IMG/VR virus record: IMGVR_UViG_3300044856_000216
Span: 32,001 to 96,000 of that record
Source: a virus
Reading direction: 5' to 3' (one strand)
Length of the DNA: 64,000 bases
Under the pieces are notes generated by a model. It ran no database searches. It was given only the letters and a program-made list of their open reading frames with translations, and had not been told where the DNA came from. Shown here piece after piece: positions 33,823-42,875 of this stretch; position 1 is the stretch's first letter, and each line of letters starts with the position of its first letter. The position numbers and the translations under genes are program-made.

Positions 33823-35211
33823 TTAATACTCTATCCAACCATCTGTAATACCAGTCATCCAATAAATAAGATCTTCTCTATCATTTTTTAATCTTCCATC
33901 TATTACACGAGTTAAGATTTCATTGAGCCAGTAGCCAACTTCTTTTCCACTTTTAATAAGCATTGTATCCATTACATCTTTTCCATTAACTGCTAAATCC
34001 TTTAGAGAAAAACATTCATCATCTTGTAAGACTTCTTCTAAAATATATTCAATTTTATCAATCTTTTGCAATCTAGTTTCCTGATTCATGTCTGCTTGTG
34101 CTTTAATGTCAGCTCTGCGAACATTTAGTAATCTTCTGAACTGTTCTTCTCCGATTTTATTAAGCCATCTCTTGATATATTTCTTTCCCACCTCAAAAGT
34201 AGCATCATGATAATAAACTAATTCAACGACCTTTTCTCTTGTATCATTGTCAAAACGAAGTCTTTTCATAATTGTATCAGTTATATCAGCACTGACTTTT
34301 CCATGCCCTTTAAAATGTCTAATACCATCTTCGCCATCTTGATAACAATGTGGCTTTCCAATATCATGAAAAAATACAGCCAATGACGTAATCAAATCTC
34401 TTGGATTCAAGTCGGGTTCACAATCACATTCATAAGCTTGTACTGCATGTACTGTATGATTCCATACATCATAGATGTGATATGGATTATTCTGTGGAAA
34501 ATCAAACATATCTTTTATTTCAGGGATAAATAACGAGAATACTTCACGGAATAATCCTATCTGTATATAAAACTCACTTGATAATGCAATTTTACAGAAC
34601 TCACTGTTAATTCTCTCAATAGATATATTCTCTAAATTCTTATACATTTTATGAATATTCAAACTTACATCAGAATCAACCACAAATCCCAGTTGTGAAG
34701 CAAATCGAATAGCACGTAAAATCCTTAAAGCATCTTCTGAAAATCTATCCTCTGCTTTACCAACACATCTGATTTTATAATGCTCAATATCTTCCATGCC
34801 ATTAAACGGATCTACAAAACCAACTTCATCATTGTATGCCATCGCATTGATTGTAAAATCTCTACGCTTTAAATCTTCTTTAAGATTTCGTGTAAATGTT
34901 ACACTATCAGGTCTACGGCTATCTGAGTAATTACCGTCAATTCTGTAAGTGGTACATTCATATCCCTCACCGTCAATTACAATGGTAATAGTTCCATGCT
35001 GCAATCCAGTTTCAATAATCCTCTTGTCCTTGAATACTTCCATCATTTCATCTGGTGTAGCAGATGTTGTAATATCATAGTCATGGATTGGTCTGCCAAG
35101 AATACTATCTCTCACTGCACCACCACATAAAAATGCCTCATATCCATTACTATGCAGAATATGGATAATTTCATTTGCACCAGATGGAATTTCAATTTTC
35201 AATCTTTTCAT
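33823..35211 (-). CDS. cca: CCA-adding tRNA nucleotidyltransferase with HD domain
   Basis: 462 aa; GGAVRDSILGRPIHDYDITT head-domain motif, RRDFTINAMA, HD motif FFHDIGKP. Confidence 0.85.
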   Translation of the reverse strand: MKRLKIEIPSGANEIIHILHSNGYEAFLCGGAVRDSILGRPIHDYDITTSATPDEMMEVFKDKRIIETGLQHGTITIVIDGEGYECTTYRIDGNYSDSRRPDSVTFTRNLKEDLKRRDFTINAMAYNDEVGFVDPFNGMEDIEHYKIRCVGKAEDRFSEDALRILRAIRFASQLGFVVDSDVSLNIHKMYKNLENISIERINSEFCKIALSSEFYIQIGLFREVFSLFIPEIKDMFDFPQNNPYHIYDVWNHTVHAVQAYECDCEPDLNPRDLITSLAVFFHDIGKPHCYQDGEDGIRHFKGHGKVSADITDTIMKRLRFDNDTREKVVELVYYHDATFEVGKKYIKRWLNKIGEEQFRRLLNVRRADIKAQADMNQETRLQKIDKIEYILEEVLQDDECFSLKDLAVNGKDVMDTMLIKSGKEVGYWLNEILTRVIDGRLKNDREDLIYWMTGITDGWIEY

Positions 35212-36154
35212 CCAAATTCACCTCAATTTTCGGTTCGTCAATAAACTTTGCCAATAGTCCTTCATGGTAGAATACCTTGTCACTTTCAGTAATTTCTTCT
35301 CCTAAAAAATATCTAAGTACGAATGGCATCATATAATTATCCAAACACTTAAATTCAATATTATATTCTTCATTTTCTTTATAGATTTTCTTACAGTATC
35401 CGTCAGTACCATTGATTTTGTGGAGTGAAAATAATTCTACTCTGAATGGAATATTAGATTTTATACTTAATCTTTCTTCAACACAATTTCTCACAAGACT
35501 TAACATGCGCAAATTACTTGCCGTTGTCATATCGTAAACAATCTCATCATTTGAAAAGAATACAATTCTCTCTTCACCAATGATGTCATATAATAACGAT
35601 AATGTCTGATCCATAAGGTACTTTTCATATGTGATGTGTCTTTTGGGATTGCAATTACCCAAAATTACCTGACGAATATATTTACTATTTATAATATGTT
35701 CATTATCTGTGAATTGAGAAATAAAATCTTCCCATGTATCAGTCCCACGAAATATATTCCTATCATATTCGTGTAAAGATGAAAAATTAGCCTTTCTCAT
35801 ATCAATACTGATAAAAACTCTTCCAGTATTAGTTGGCTTAAATATATCTTTATTAGGTAAATCTTTATGAGTCGTAGTAAATTTATTCATATCTTCCGCA
35901 TTAAATCTCTGATATGCTTCTGAATTTTTGATGCTTGTAATAGCTGCATCCTTTACACGATTATATTCCTCAAAGTAATCCTGTTCACAATTGTATTGCT
36001 GTAATTCACTTGCAAATCTAATCCATTTATTAACTGTTCCATAAAAATTATCAAAGAGTTTAATTCTGTCTGAAAAATATGGTTCTTGGAACAATCTAAT
36101 TGGTATATTGCAATCCTTACAGAATCTTTCTTTTGCTCTATTTGATATTTCCAT
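35192..36154 (-). CDS. hypothetical protein (possible divergent polymerase-palm-like fold)
   Basis: 320 aa; overlaps cca by 20 nt; acidic motifs ISIDMRKANF and FFSNDEIVYD spaced about 90 aa apart; speculative. Confidence 0.55.
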   Translation of the reverse strand: MEISNRAKERFCKDCNIPIRLFQEPYFSDRIKLFDNFYGTVNKWIRFASELQQYNCEQDYFEEYNRVKDAAITSIKNSEAYQRFNAEDMNKFTTTHKDLPNKDIFKPTNTGRVFISIDMRKANFSSLHEYDRNIFRGTDTWEDFISQFTDNEHIINSKYIRQVILGNCNPKRHITYEKYLMDQTLSLLYDIIGEERIVFFSNDEIVYDMTTASNLRMLSLVRNCVEERLSIKSNIPFRVELFSLHKINGTDGYCKKIYKENEEYNIEFKCLDNYMMPFVLRYFLGEEITESDKVFYHEGLLAKFIDEPKIEVNLDEKIEN

Positions 36155-37182
36155 CAGATATCTCCTTTCACAATTCTCTCATTTACATACATCTTAAATT
36201 CATTGATTTTCTTATGATCTGGTTTATCAGGTAAAGATGTATTTGCTTTTGCATATTCAAAACGTTTTTCATATTCATTCAATAAATCATAGAATTCAGA
36301 AATAGGCTGTCTATTCTCGTCTAAATATTCTCCGTTTCTAATACTCATAAGCAAATCGTATTCATCTGATCTATAAGTGATAATCTCTTCCTTTTCCAGA
36401 ATATCAATACACATCATATATAATCGAATCAAATGAGCCATATGTTTTCCTAATTTATCATGGGCTACAGCCTTTTCATTTCTTTTACCAAATTTGCTGT
36501 AACTACTAACAATGGACTTCATTTCGTTCCACATGCCAGCCCAATCTCTTAACGGATAATGTTGCAAGTTTACATCCATAAAAATCTCACTATCATATCC
36601 TTCTTGAACAGCCTTATCAATATATAGTTTCACATCACTATTTTCATGAGGGTAATATCTGTTTTTAAATTCATATCTTGCATTGTTGATGCTTTTTAAA
36701 ATGTTAGCTTCATTTTCTGCCTGACCAACCAATCTTGCAGCCTTGTTCTCCATACGTCTGAGCTGAGAACCCGCATATCCTCCAAAGGTGTGAACACAAA
36801 TCTGCGAAAGAAACATTTTTCTATTATCCAATAATTCTTTACCAATTTTAGATAAATGTAAATAATGTTCAGGCAAGCAGCCAAGTTGTTCAATTGTATT
36901 AGGATTACTTGATGCTAAAAGCTGTATCATTTTATTAAACGAATACATAGTTGTATCTGTATCAACATCTACGACCTGTTCAAAGTCTGTTCCAAGTAAA
37001 ATATCTGATTTGCTGTTGAGTGCAATACCTCTCACATCTAAATCAGATCCTTCTTTATCCATTCCATATGCATGACTTCCACCAAGAGTTAAGATAATGA
37101 TATTGTTACCCAAATTCTTATCTGTTCTCAGAAAGTCATACTCTTTTGATTTTAATTTGTCCTTAATCTGTTCAATTGTCAT
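36154..37182 (-). CDS. pol-beta-superfamily nucleotidyltransferase
   Basis: 342 aa; GGSHAYGMDKEGSDLDVRGI (GS...DxD NTase motif); ATG after GGAGGTTAAGACA (track start 37197). Confidence 0.65.
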   Translation of the reverse strand: MTIEQIKDKLKSKEYDFLRTDKNLGNNIIILTLGGSHAYGMDKEGSDLDVRGIALNSKSDILLGTDFEQVVDVDTDTTMYSFNKMIQLLASSNPNTIEQLGCLPEHYLHLSKIGKELLDNRKMFLSQICVHTFGGYAGSQLRRMENKAARLVGQAENEANILKSINNARYEFKNRYYPHENSDVKLYIDKAVQEGYDSEIFMDVNLQHYPLRDWAGMWNEMKSIVSSYSKFGKRNEKAVAHDKLGKHMAHLIRLYMMCIDILEKEEIITYRSDEYDLLMSIRNGEYLDENRQPISEFYDLLNEYEKRFEYAKANTSLPDKPDHKKINEFKMYVNERIVKGDI

Positions 37183-37308
37183 TGTCTTAACCTCCAAAAT
37201 TTTATATATCTATTTTTACTCGCCCTTTAAAGTTTGGGATATCCTTGTTGTCCTTGTTTCGAGAACGCATTAGATATACATATAAGTTTGACATTATATT
37301 TATTCTCC

Positions 37309-37488
37309 TTACTTATTTAAAACAATCAAAATATTACTTAGATATAAAGCATAGAATACTAAATAGCTACCACCTGCCAAGAACAGCAATTTGAATACAA
37401 AGTCAATAACACCATTTTTCGTCCATGCTATCCCAACAATAAGGTTAAAAATTCCCATAATCAATAAAATAATGTTTAAAATATTCAT
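37309..37488 (-). CDS. small membrane protein
   Basis: 59 aa; GGAGGTGAAAT ATG; MNILNIILLIMGIFNLIVGIAW...; below track cutoff. Confidence 0.4.
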   Translation of the reverse strand: MNILNIILLIMGIFNLIVGIAWTKNGVIDFVFKLLFLAGGSYLVFYALYLSNILIVLNK

Positions 37489-37542
37489 ATTTCACCTCCA
37501 AATTTCCGCAAGAAATGTGCGTTTCTTTCTAATGTAAAATAT

Positions 37543-37590
37543 ATACCATATATAGTATATACCGCTTATTTTTAATACTATATATGGTAT
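37543..37590. promoter_or_regulatory. 16-nt inverted repeat pair ATACCATATATAGTAT / ATACTATATATGGTAT
   Basis: perfect arms 37543-37558 and 37575-37590 in an intergenic gap. Confidence 0.4.
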
Positions 37591-37601
37591 ATTTGTAACA
37601 A

Positions 37602-37991
37602 TTACTCACTTAATTCTGCAAGTGCCTTATCCAGATCCTCATCAGACATATTTTCAAGTGCTGCGTCCTGTCTTTTAGCCTTGATTTCAAGCAATCTCTG
37701 TCTCATCTCAGCATTTTTCTTAGCGTCTTCTCTCTTCTTCTTCTCATCTAGCTTCACACTAACAATATACTTGACAATTTCAATCTTATTAGAAATCTCC
37801 TCATCTTCCTTTGACTTGGTATTCAGAAGACTTTCTTCCTCAGACTTCTTTGCTTCCGCATTGAGTGTCTTAAATACTGAGTCCAGATTTGTGAGAGATA
37901 AATCCCACAAATCAATTACGTTAATCATTCCTCTGAATGGGAACTGATAGTTTGCTCTTGTTGCATTAATAAATAATTCGTTGTTTGTCAT
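37602..37991 (-). CDS. hypothetical coiled-coil protein
   Basis: 129 aa, K/E-rich. Confidence 0.55.
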   Translation of the reverse strand: MTNNELFINATRANYQFPFRGMINVIDLWDLSLTNLDSVFKTLNAEAKKSEEESLLNTKSKEDEEISNKIEIVKYIVSVKLDEKKKREDAKKNAEMRQRLLEIKAKRQDAALENMSDEDLDKALAELSE

Positions 37992-38018
37992 AATAATAAT
38001 CTCCTTTTCTAATTCTAA

Positions 38019-40076
38019 TTAAAACTTAATCTTCATTACACGCTCTGTTGCACCCTTAACCTTAACAACTAAATCTGCTCTCTTAGTCATAGAGAATCCA
38101 ATTCCCGAAAGCTGATCATCAGTATCTTCTACATGGCACTTAGCACCTAAAGCCTCAAATACTCTCTTGTGCTTTTCAAGGTCACTCTTTAAGAACTCAT
38201 TGTAATAGCCATTAGGCTCTTCGTTGTTCACACAATCCTTCAGGAAAAAGAATAAATGTCTATGACCAATTCCATCCTGTTCATCAAAATAGTTTGGACT
38301 ATAACTAATTACTGATACAGGAACAAACTGATTTGTATTTACACCCCAAATCTCACGACTTGAAATAGATGAACTTCCAGACAGTTTTTCCTTAATTGAG
38401 AAGTTGCCATTCTCGTCAAGTGTAACTTCTGCCACCTGAACATTCTCACCAGTTCTCATAGGATTGCTATAATCAAATGAGTAAATCTCACCATTAAACT
38501 CAACTTCTGCTCTGAACCCATGTCTTACTGCACCTGAATACTGATGTACAAAAAATCTATATGTTCCTGGTTTCATTCTTGATAAATCCTGCCAAGTAAT
38601 ATTCTCTACTGCAACTTTTCTACATGGATTTACAATATCTACATCTAACTGACCACCCATTCTTGATGACTCAGGTTTTCTACAATTGCTAAAATAAATC
38701 TCATTTCCACTAGGCTCAACGCAATGAGCATCAAGATCGTAATTATCATGTCCGTCTTCATTCCACTGAATTGAAAATCTGAGTACACCGTCAACATTAC
38801 CGCCAGCAGCTTTTACATTCTGTTTCATATCAGAATCAGTAATGTTTCCTGAATAAGCCCAAGACAATCCATTGTTCCACTTGAACATTGTCTTAGCGTC
38901 TGGATTAACAGGTGCAATCATAGAAACAAAATTCTTCTCATGTTTATTCTCTACAAAAGCTTCAATCTCCTTTGCAGTTGGAAGTACCTTATCAATGAAA
39001 TCCTGTGCTGAAATCTCTTCAACTTTAGAAAACTTCTTAGGACTTACAGCAACATCCTTTTCCATCTGCCCAAAAATATCATCTGCACCAACCATTCTTC
39101 TTGCAGCACTTTTATTTGAGAACAGTACATTATTTACAGTAATATCATTCAGATTAGCAAATCTTCTCTGTAATGAATCCATATATCCAAGTTCTGTAAT
39201 GGTCTTCTTTGCATCCTCAAGCATCTTCTTTGTGAAAATAGCCTTTGGTCTTTTATAGTTGCTTGGAGCGACAATCTGCTCATACTTCTTAACTGCTGTG
39301 TCAAGATCCATATCCTCACTTACATTAATAAGAAGTGTTCCGATAGAATGATTTCTAATTCTTCCGATAGCCATACCTGCTGTTACCGACTTCTCCCAAG
39401 CATATAAATCCTTTTCAGTATCAGAAGTCAGCTTATCGTATTCCTTCTTATACTTCTTGAACTCTGTGAGTACACCTTTCCACTCTTCACCCTTGTAAAG
39501 TGTATTTGAGTTGATAAGTTCAAGAATTGTATCAAGTGCTTCCATAGTAATCTCATCGAGAGAACGCTTAAATACATTTCTTGTATCTCTGAACTGTCCT
39601 TTAACTTCCTCGTTAGAACGACTACTTCTATTTACGAATTTGCTTGGAAGCTCTAAGAAGAAGTGATCCCACTGATGAGACTTTCCATTGATTTCCTCAA
39701 AGTTAAAATCTGTACCAATCTTAGGGAACTTAGTTGTATAAATATCTGTAACTGTATGAGCTTTTACAAAAGCATCAAGTGCATCACATACTGGCTGATA
39801 TGTTGTATCACCAAGATTCAGCTCCCAAATCGTATGAATCTGATTATCCTTGATAGTGACAGCAGAACCAATATTCTTAATAAACTGTCTACAACAACTA
39901 CAATCATGTTCTCTACGCTCTCTGAAAATCTCATTTGTACCAGCAGGGAAGCTATCAAGATATGTATTCCATAATTCATCTTTGTCTACATTTACCTCAA
40001 ATAAATGTGTAGTCTCTTTCTGCATTTCATCGAAGTGCTTCTGTAAAGCCTTTTTAAACATCATAAATCCATCCAT
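38019..40076 (-). CDS. large hypothetical protein
   Basis: 685 aa, the longest ORF in the window; AGAGGTACAAAAT ATG; HDCSCCRQF motif near the N-terminus; C-terminal DLDAHC...GGQLDVDIVNP segment faintly TerD-like. Confidence 0.7.
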   Translation of the reverse strand: MDGFMMFKKALQKHFDEMQKETTHLFEVNVDKDELWNTYLDSFPAGTNEIFRERREHDCSCCRQFIKNIGSAVTIKDNQIHTIWELNLGDTTYQPVCDALDAFVKAHTVTDIYTTKFPKIGTDFNFEEINGKSHQWDHFFLELPSKFVNRSSRSNEEVKGQFRDTRNVFKRSLDEITMEALDTILELINSNTLYKGEEWKGVLTEFKKYKKEYDKLTSDTEKDLYAWEKSVTAGMAIGRIRNHSIGTLLINVSEDMDLDTAVKKYEQIVAPSNYKRPKAIFTKKMLEDAKKTITELGYMDSLQRRFANLNDITVNNVLFSNKSAARRMVGADDIFGQMEKDVAVSPKKFSKVEEISAQDFIDKVLPTAKEIEAFVENKHEKNFVSMIAPVNPDAKTMFKWNNGLSWAYSGNITDSDMKQNVKAAGGNVDGVLRFSIQWNEDGHDNYDLDAHCVEPSGNEIYFSNCRKPESSRMGGQLDVDIVNPCRKVAVENITWQDLSRMKPGTYRFFVHQYSGAVRHGFRAEVEFNGEIYSFDYSNPMRTGENVQVAEVTLDENGNFSIKEKLSGSSSISSREIWGVNTNQFVPVSVISYSPNYFDEQDGIGHRHLFFFLKDCVNNEEPNGYYNEFLKSDLEKHKRVFEALGAKCHVEDTDDQLSGIGFSMTKRADLVVKVKGATERVMKIKF

Positions 40077-40169
40077 ATTTTGTACCTCTTCTTTCTTATA
40101 TTTATTTTTGTTAATTGTTTCTATTATTATATTCTCCGTTTATAATCCAAAGGAAACGAAGTTTTCTTG

Positions 40170-40457
40170 TCACTTATTGTAGATATAGTCAGCACTCCTA
40201 AACAATATATTTGGAAACATATTTACAGCAACATTACGAAGTGCTACAAACAAATCCCCTCTCTCATCTACACATGAATCATGTCCATCAACTGTCTTAA
40301 ATACATTTAACTCATCATCGGAATTTTTATATACAAAATAATCAGTATCCTCATCAAGAACAAAACCCATATGTAAAGTTTCACATAAAATTCTAAATGC
40401 TTCTGCTGAATCAATATCTATAGTACATATTGCTTTTGTATTAACAGTTATTTCCAT
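40170..40457 (-). CDS. hypothetical protein
   Basis: 95-aa ORF in gene train. Confidence 0.5.
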   Translation of the reverse strand: MEITVNTKAICTIDIDSAEAFRILCETLHMGFVLDEDTDYFVYKNSDDELNVFKTVDGHDSCVDERGDLFVALRNVAVNMFPNILFRSADYIYNK

Positions 40458-40498
40458 TTGTTTCCTTCCATTGCTTTTTCTTTATCTGCATAATCAAT

Positions 40499-40705
40499 TT
40501 ACCAAATTCCATTTACCGTCTCATCAATAGCTTCTCTCATTGCTCCACCTGTCATTTTGTTCATTGTATCTGCAACAAGACCTTTGAATTCTGCTCTTAT
40601 TCGCCTATTATGATGAGTACATGGCGTTGAACAATAATTATTTCTTCTACATTTTTCACAATTGCCACTTAACTTCCACTGTTCATTTTCCTGAATCTGT
40701 TCCAT
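40499..40705 (-). CDS. small Cys-rich protein
   Basis: 68 aa; CEKCRRNNYCSTPC. Confidence 0.45.
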   Translation of the reverse strand: MEQIQENEQWKLSGNCEKCRRNNYCSTPCTHHNRRIRAEFKGLVADTMNKMTGGAMREAIDETVNGIW

Positions 40706-40708
40706 AAC

Positions 40709-40864
40709 TTAGCCTCCTCTTCTATCTAAAATCTTCTGAATAGTTTTCTTATCTTTCTCAGATAAACTATCCCAATCCAACTTAAAACTTTCACAATTCT
40801 TATGGCAATTCCAACCATCACCACAATCATAAGAATAACGGTACGCACAATAATCACACGCCAT
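40709..40864 (-). CDS. small Cys-rich protein
   Basis: 51 aa; GAGGTGAATATAA ATG; MACDYCAYRYSYDCGDGWNCHKNC; below track cutoff. Confidence 0.4.
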   Translation of the reverse strand: MACDYCAYRYSYDCGDGWNCHKNCESFKLDWDSLSEKDKKTIQKILDRRGG

Positions 40865-40904
40865 TTATATTCACCTCGCTTCCATATGAAATCGAACATT
40901 CTTA

Positions 40905-41381
40905 TTACAATAGTTTGTCAAACAAATCATTCGCATCAATTTTTACATACAAACTATTTGTCCTGATTCCAAGTTCATCGGATGTTTTTAATTCTTCTAT
41001 TGATTTTCCAAATAAAAAATTATGTGAAATTTTCTTTAGCTTTTTAGCTACAACATCAATATCATCTTCAGTTTTTAATACTTTTGTAATATGTACAGAG
41101 TCGTTAAATGTATATGCATTATTACATTTAGATTCCGTTGTTAATAATGTATTTGTTATAATTTTCTTATATGTGGTTTCTCCACTAGCACGATATACAA
41201 AATCAATATAAATAATTGGTTTTATATTATTCAAATCAATCATATTAACTTTTTCATATTGGATTTCTCTATCATCTGATATATTTTCAAATTTTTTTAA
41301 ATCCAGATTGTCCTTTAATATTCCAATTGGTTCAATATAAGACTGACCGCAATCTTCATCAATTTTATATGTTAAATACAT
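40905..41381 (-). CDS. hypothetical protein
   Basis: 158-aa ORF in gene train. Confidence 0.55.
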   Translation of the reverse strand: MYLTYKIDEDCGQSYIEPIGILKDNLDLKKFENISDDREIQYEKVNMIDLNNIKPIIYIDFVYRASGETTYKKIITNTLLTTESKCNNAYTFNDSVHITKVLKTEDDIDVVAKKLKKISHNFLFGKSIEELKTSDELGIRTNSLYVKIDANDLFDKLL

Positions 41382-41391
41382 AATTTACCTC

Positions 41392-41553
41392 CTAATCTAA
41401 AGAAAGAGAATTTTCAAGTTCAATCACGATTGTCTTCTTTTCTCTTCTTAACCATTTCTCAAATTCTTCGCCAGTTGCACAATCATTTTTGACAGGAATT
41501 TTATCACTGTTATCTATTTCTTTTATAAGCTCTTTTGCAAATTTAACTGACAT
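41392..41553 (-). CDS. small hypothetical protein
   Basis: 53 aa read by hand (MSVKFAKELIKEID...); weak SD. Confidence 0.3.
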   Translation of the reverse strand: MSVKFAKELIKEIDNSDKIPVKNDCATGEEFEKWLRREKKTIVIELENSLSLD

Positions 41554-41561
41554 AGTTCACT

Positions 41562-41681
41562 TTACTTCCTTGTTAATCTAATTATTATCTCTACAAGTCT
41601 CTCTTTACTCATAGCATGTAAATGCTCTCTCTTCTCATCATCTGAGCAGTTTTCAATAATTTTTAAATCACTCTCTGGCAT
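41562..41681 (-). CDS. small hypothetical protein
   Basis: 39 aa; GGAGGATTAAAAA ATG. Confidence 0.3.
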   Translation of the reverse strand: MPESDLKIIENCSDDEKREHLHAMSKERLVEIIIRLTRK

Positions 41682-41693
41682 TTTTTAATCCTC

Positions 41694-41828
41694 CTATCTC
41701 AACAATAAATATTTTAACCAATCAGGTATATCAGCATTTACGACCATGCTAAATATCCCAATGTTTACCAATATAGCGAGTATCGCAATTACTATAAACA
41801 TTCCTATAATGAACAACTTATCTTTCAT
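41694..41828 (-). CDS. small membrane protein
   Basis: 44 aa; MKDKLFIIGMFIVIAILAILVNIGIF...; ATGA-type overlap with the upstream gene. Confidence 0.3.
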   Translation of the reverse strand: MKDKLFIIGMFIVIAILAILVNIGIFSMVVNADIPDWLKYLLLR

Positions 41829-42109
41829 ATTGACACATTCTCTCCTTGCCAACTCATATATCCAAGTATTAACAGTTTCTGTAAATCATTACCATGAAAA
41901 CCTGTTACATCACAAAATGCGCCAAGTATTTCTGTATCTTCATGTGTTATTGCATGATAATTTACACTATTACATTCTTCTAAGTGATTCATATTTCCGT
42001 TTTGGAAAAATGTATTATACAATATTTCATATCCAGTATTCGTCATTTTACCACTCTTTGAAATCTCGTAACTTTTTTCAATCAACTTGTCATCGTCAAT
42101 CAGTCCCAT
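41825..42109 (-). CDS. hypothetical protein
   Basis: 94-aa ORF; the large plus ORF 41746-42180 is treated as its shadow. Confidence 0.45.
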   Translation of the reverse strand: MGLIDDDKLIEKSYEISKSGKMTNTGYEILYNTFFQNGNMNHLEECNSVNYHAITHEDTEILGAFCDVTGFHGNDLQKLLILGYMSWQGENVSI

Positions 42110-42365
42110 CGCCTAACTCCTTTAACATTTCACTCTGTATATCAGCAATCAATTTATTAACTCTTAAGACATCAGTATAGCTCGTCAATGTGTCAAGCAA
42201 TCTCTTTTCAAGTCTGTTTCTAAAATCGAAAATACCACTTTTTATAAGCATAATCTGCTCATCTGTAGCACGTTCCCATTTGTTAGTGTAATTACTACTG
42301 CAAATTGCACAAGGTTGCTCGGAATCTTTGTAAGCATATCTGCAACTACTACATATTTTTTCCAT
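42096..42365 (-). CDS. small Cys-containing protein
   Basis: 89 aa; CSSC...CAIC; ATG after AGAGGAGCAAAGT. Confidence 0.45.
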   Translation of the reverse strand: MEKICSSCRYAYKDSEQPCAICSSNYTNKWERATDEQIMLIKSGIFDFRNRLEKRLLDTLTSYTDVLRVNKLIADIQSEMLKELGDGTD

Positions 42366-42849
42366 ACTTTGCTCCTCTCTGATTTTTAGCAATTCTTTTA
42401 ATCTTTATATTCTCTGGAATATCCATTGGTCTGAAGTCAGATCTGACAATTCTAGTTATAATAACTGGCTTAACACCCCATTTTGTGTAGCACATGACTA
42501 TATCTCCTACAGATATATTCTCTACAAACATTCTCCATTTTTCGGATGTCGGCACTCTCCAAACGTATTCTTTATCACTCTGCTGATTCGGGTGTTTTCC
42601 ATATATGTATGTAACTACTTTATTTTCCCTTTCATATTCATATCTATATTGTTTGACATCTTCGACATCAAACTCTTTGAGCACTAAATATCTTATGTAT
42701 CCATCTACCAATTCTTTTTTATGGTTGATAATAATTGGCTTGTCCAGCTCCCCATGCTCTATAAAATATCTTTTTGCTCTATTCATCTTCGCCTCATTTG
42801 GTACAGATTCTGCAAGGTAATCTGGAATTATAATACTTGTTAGTTTCAT
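42349..42849 (-). CDS. ParB-like N-terminal (nuclease/sulfiredoxin-fold) domain protein
   Basis: 166 aa; ...PIIINHKKELVDGYIRYLVLKE resembles the ParB-N xxLVDGxHRxxA box. Confidence 0.45.
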   Translation of the reverse strand: MKLTSIIIPDYLAESVPNEAKMNRAKRYFIEHGELDKPIIINHKKELVDGYIRYLVLKEFDVEDVKQYRYEYERENKVVTYIYGKHPNQQSDKEYVWRVPTSEKWRMFVENISVGDIVMCYTKWGVKPVIITRIVRSDFRPMDIPENIKIKRIAKNQRGAKYGKNM

Positions 42850-42875
42850 GTTTTATTTTGTTCTCCTTTATGTAT

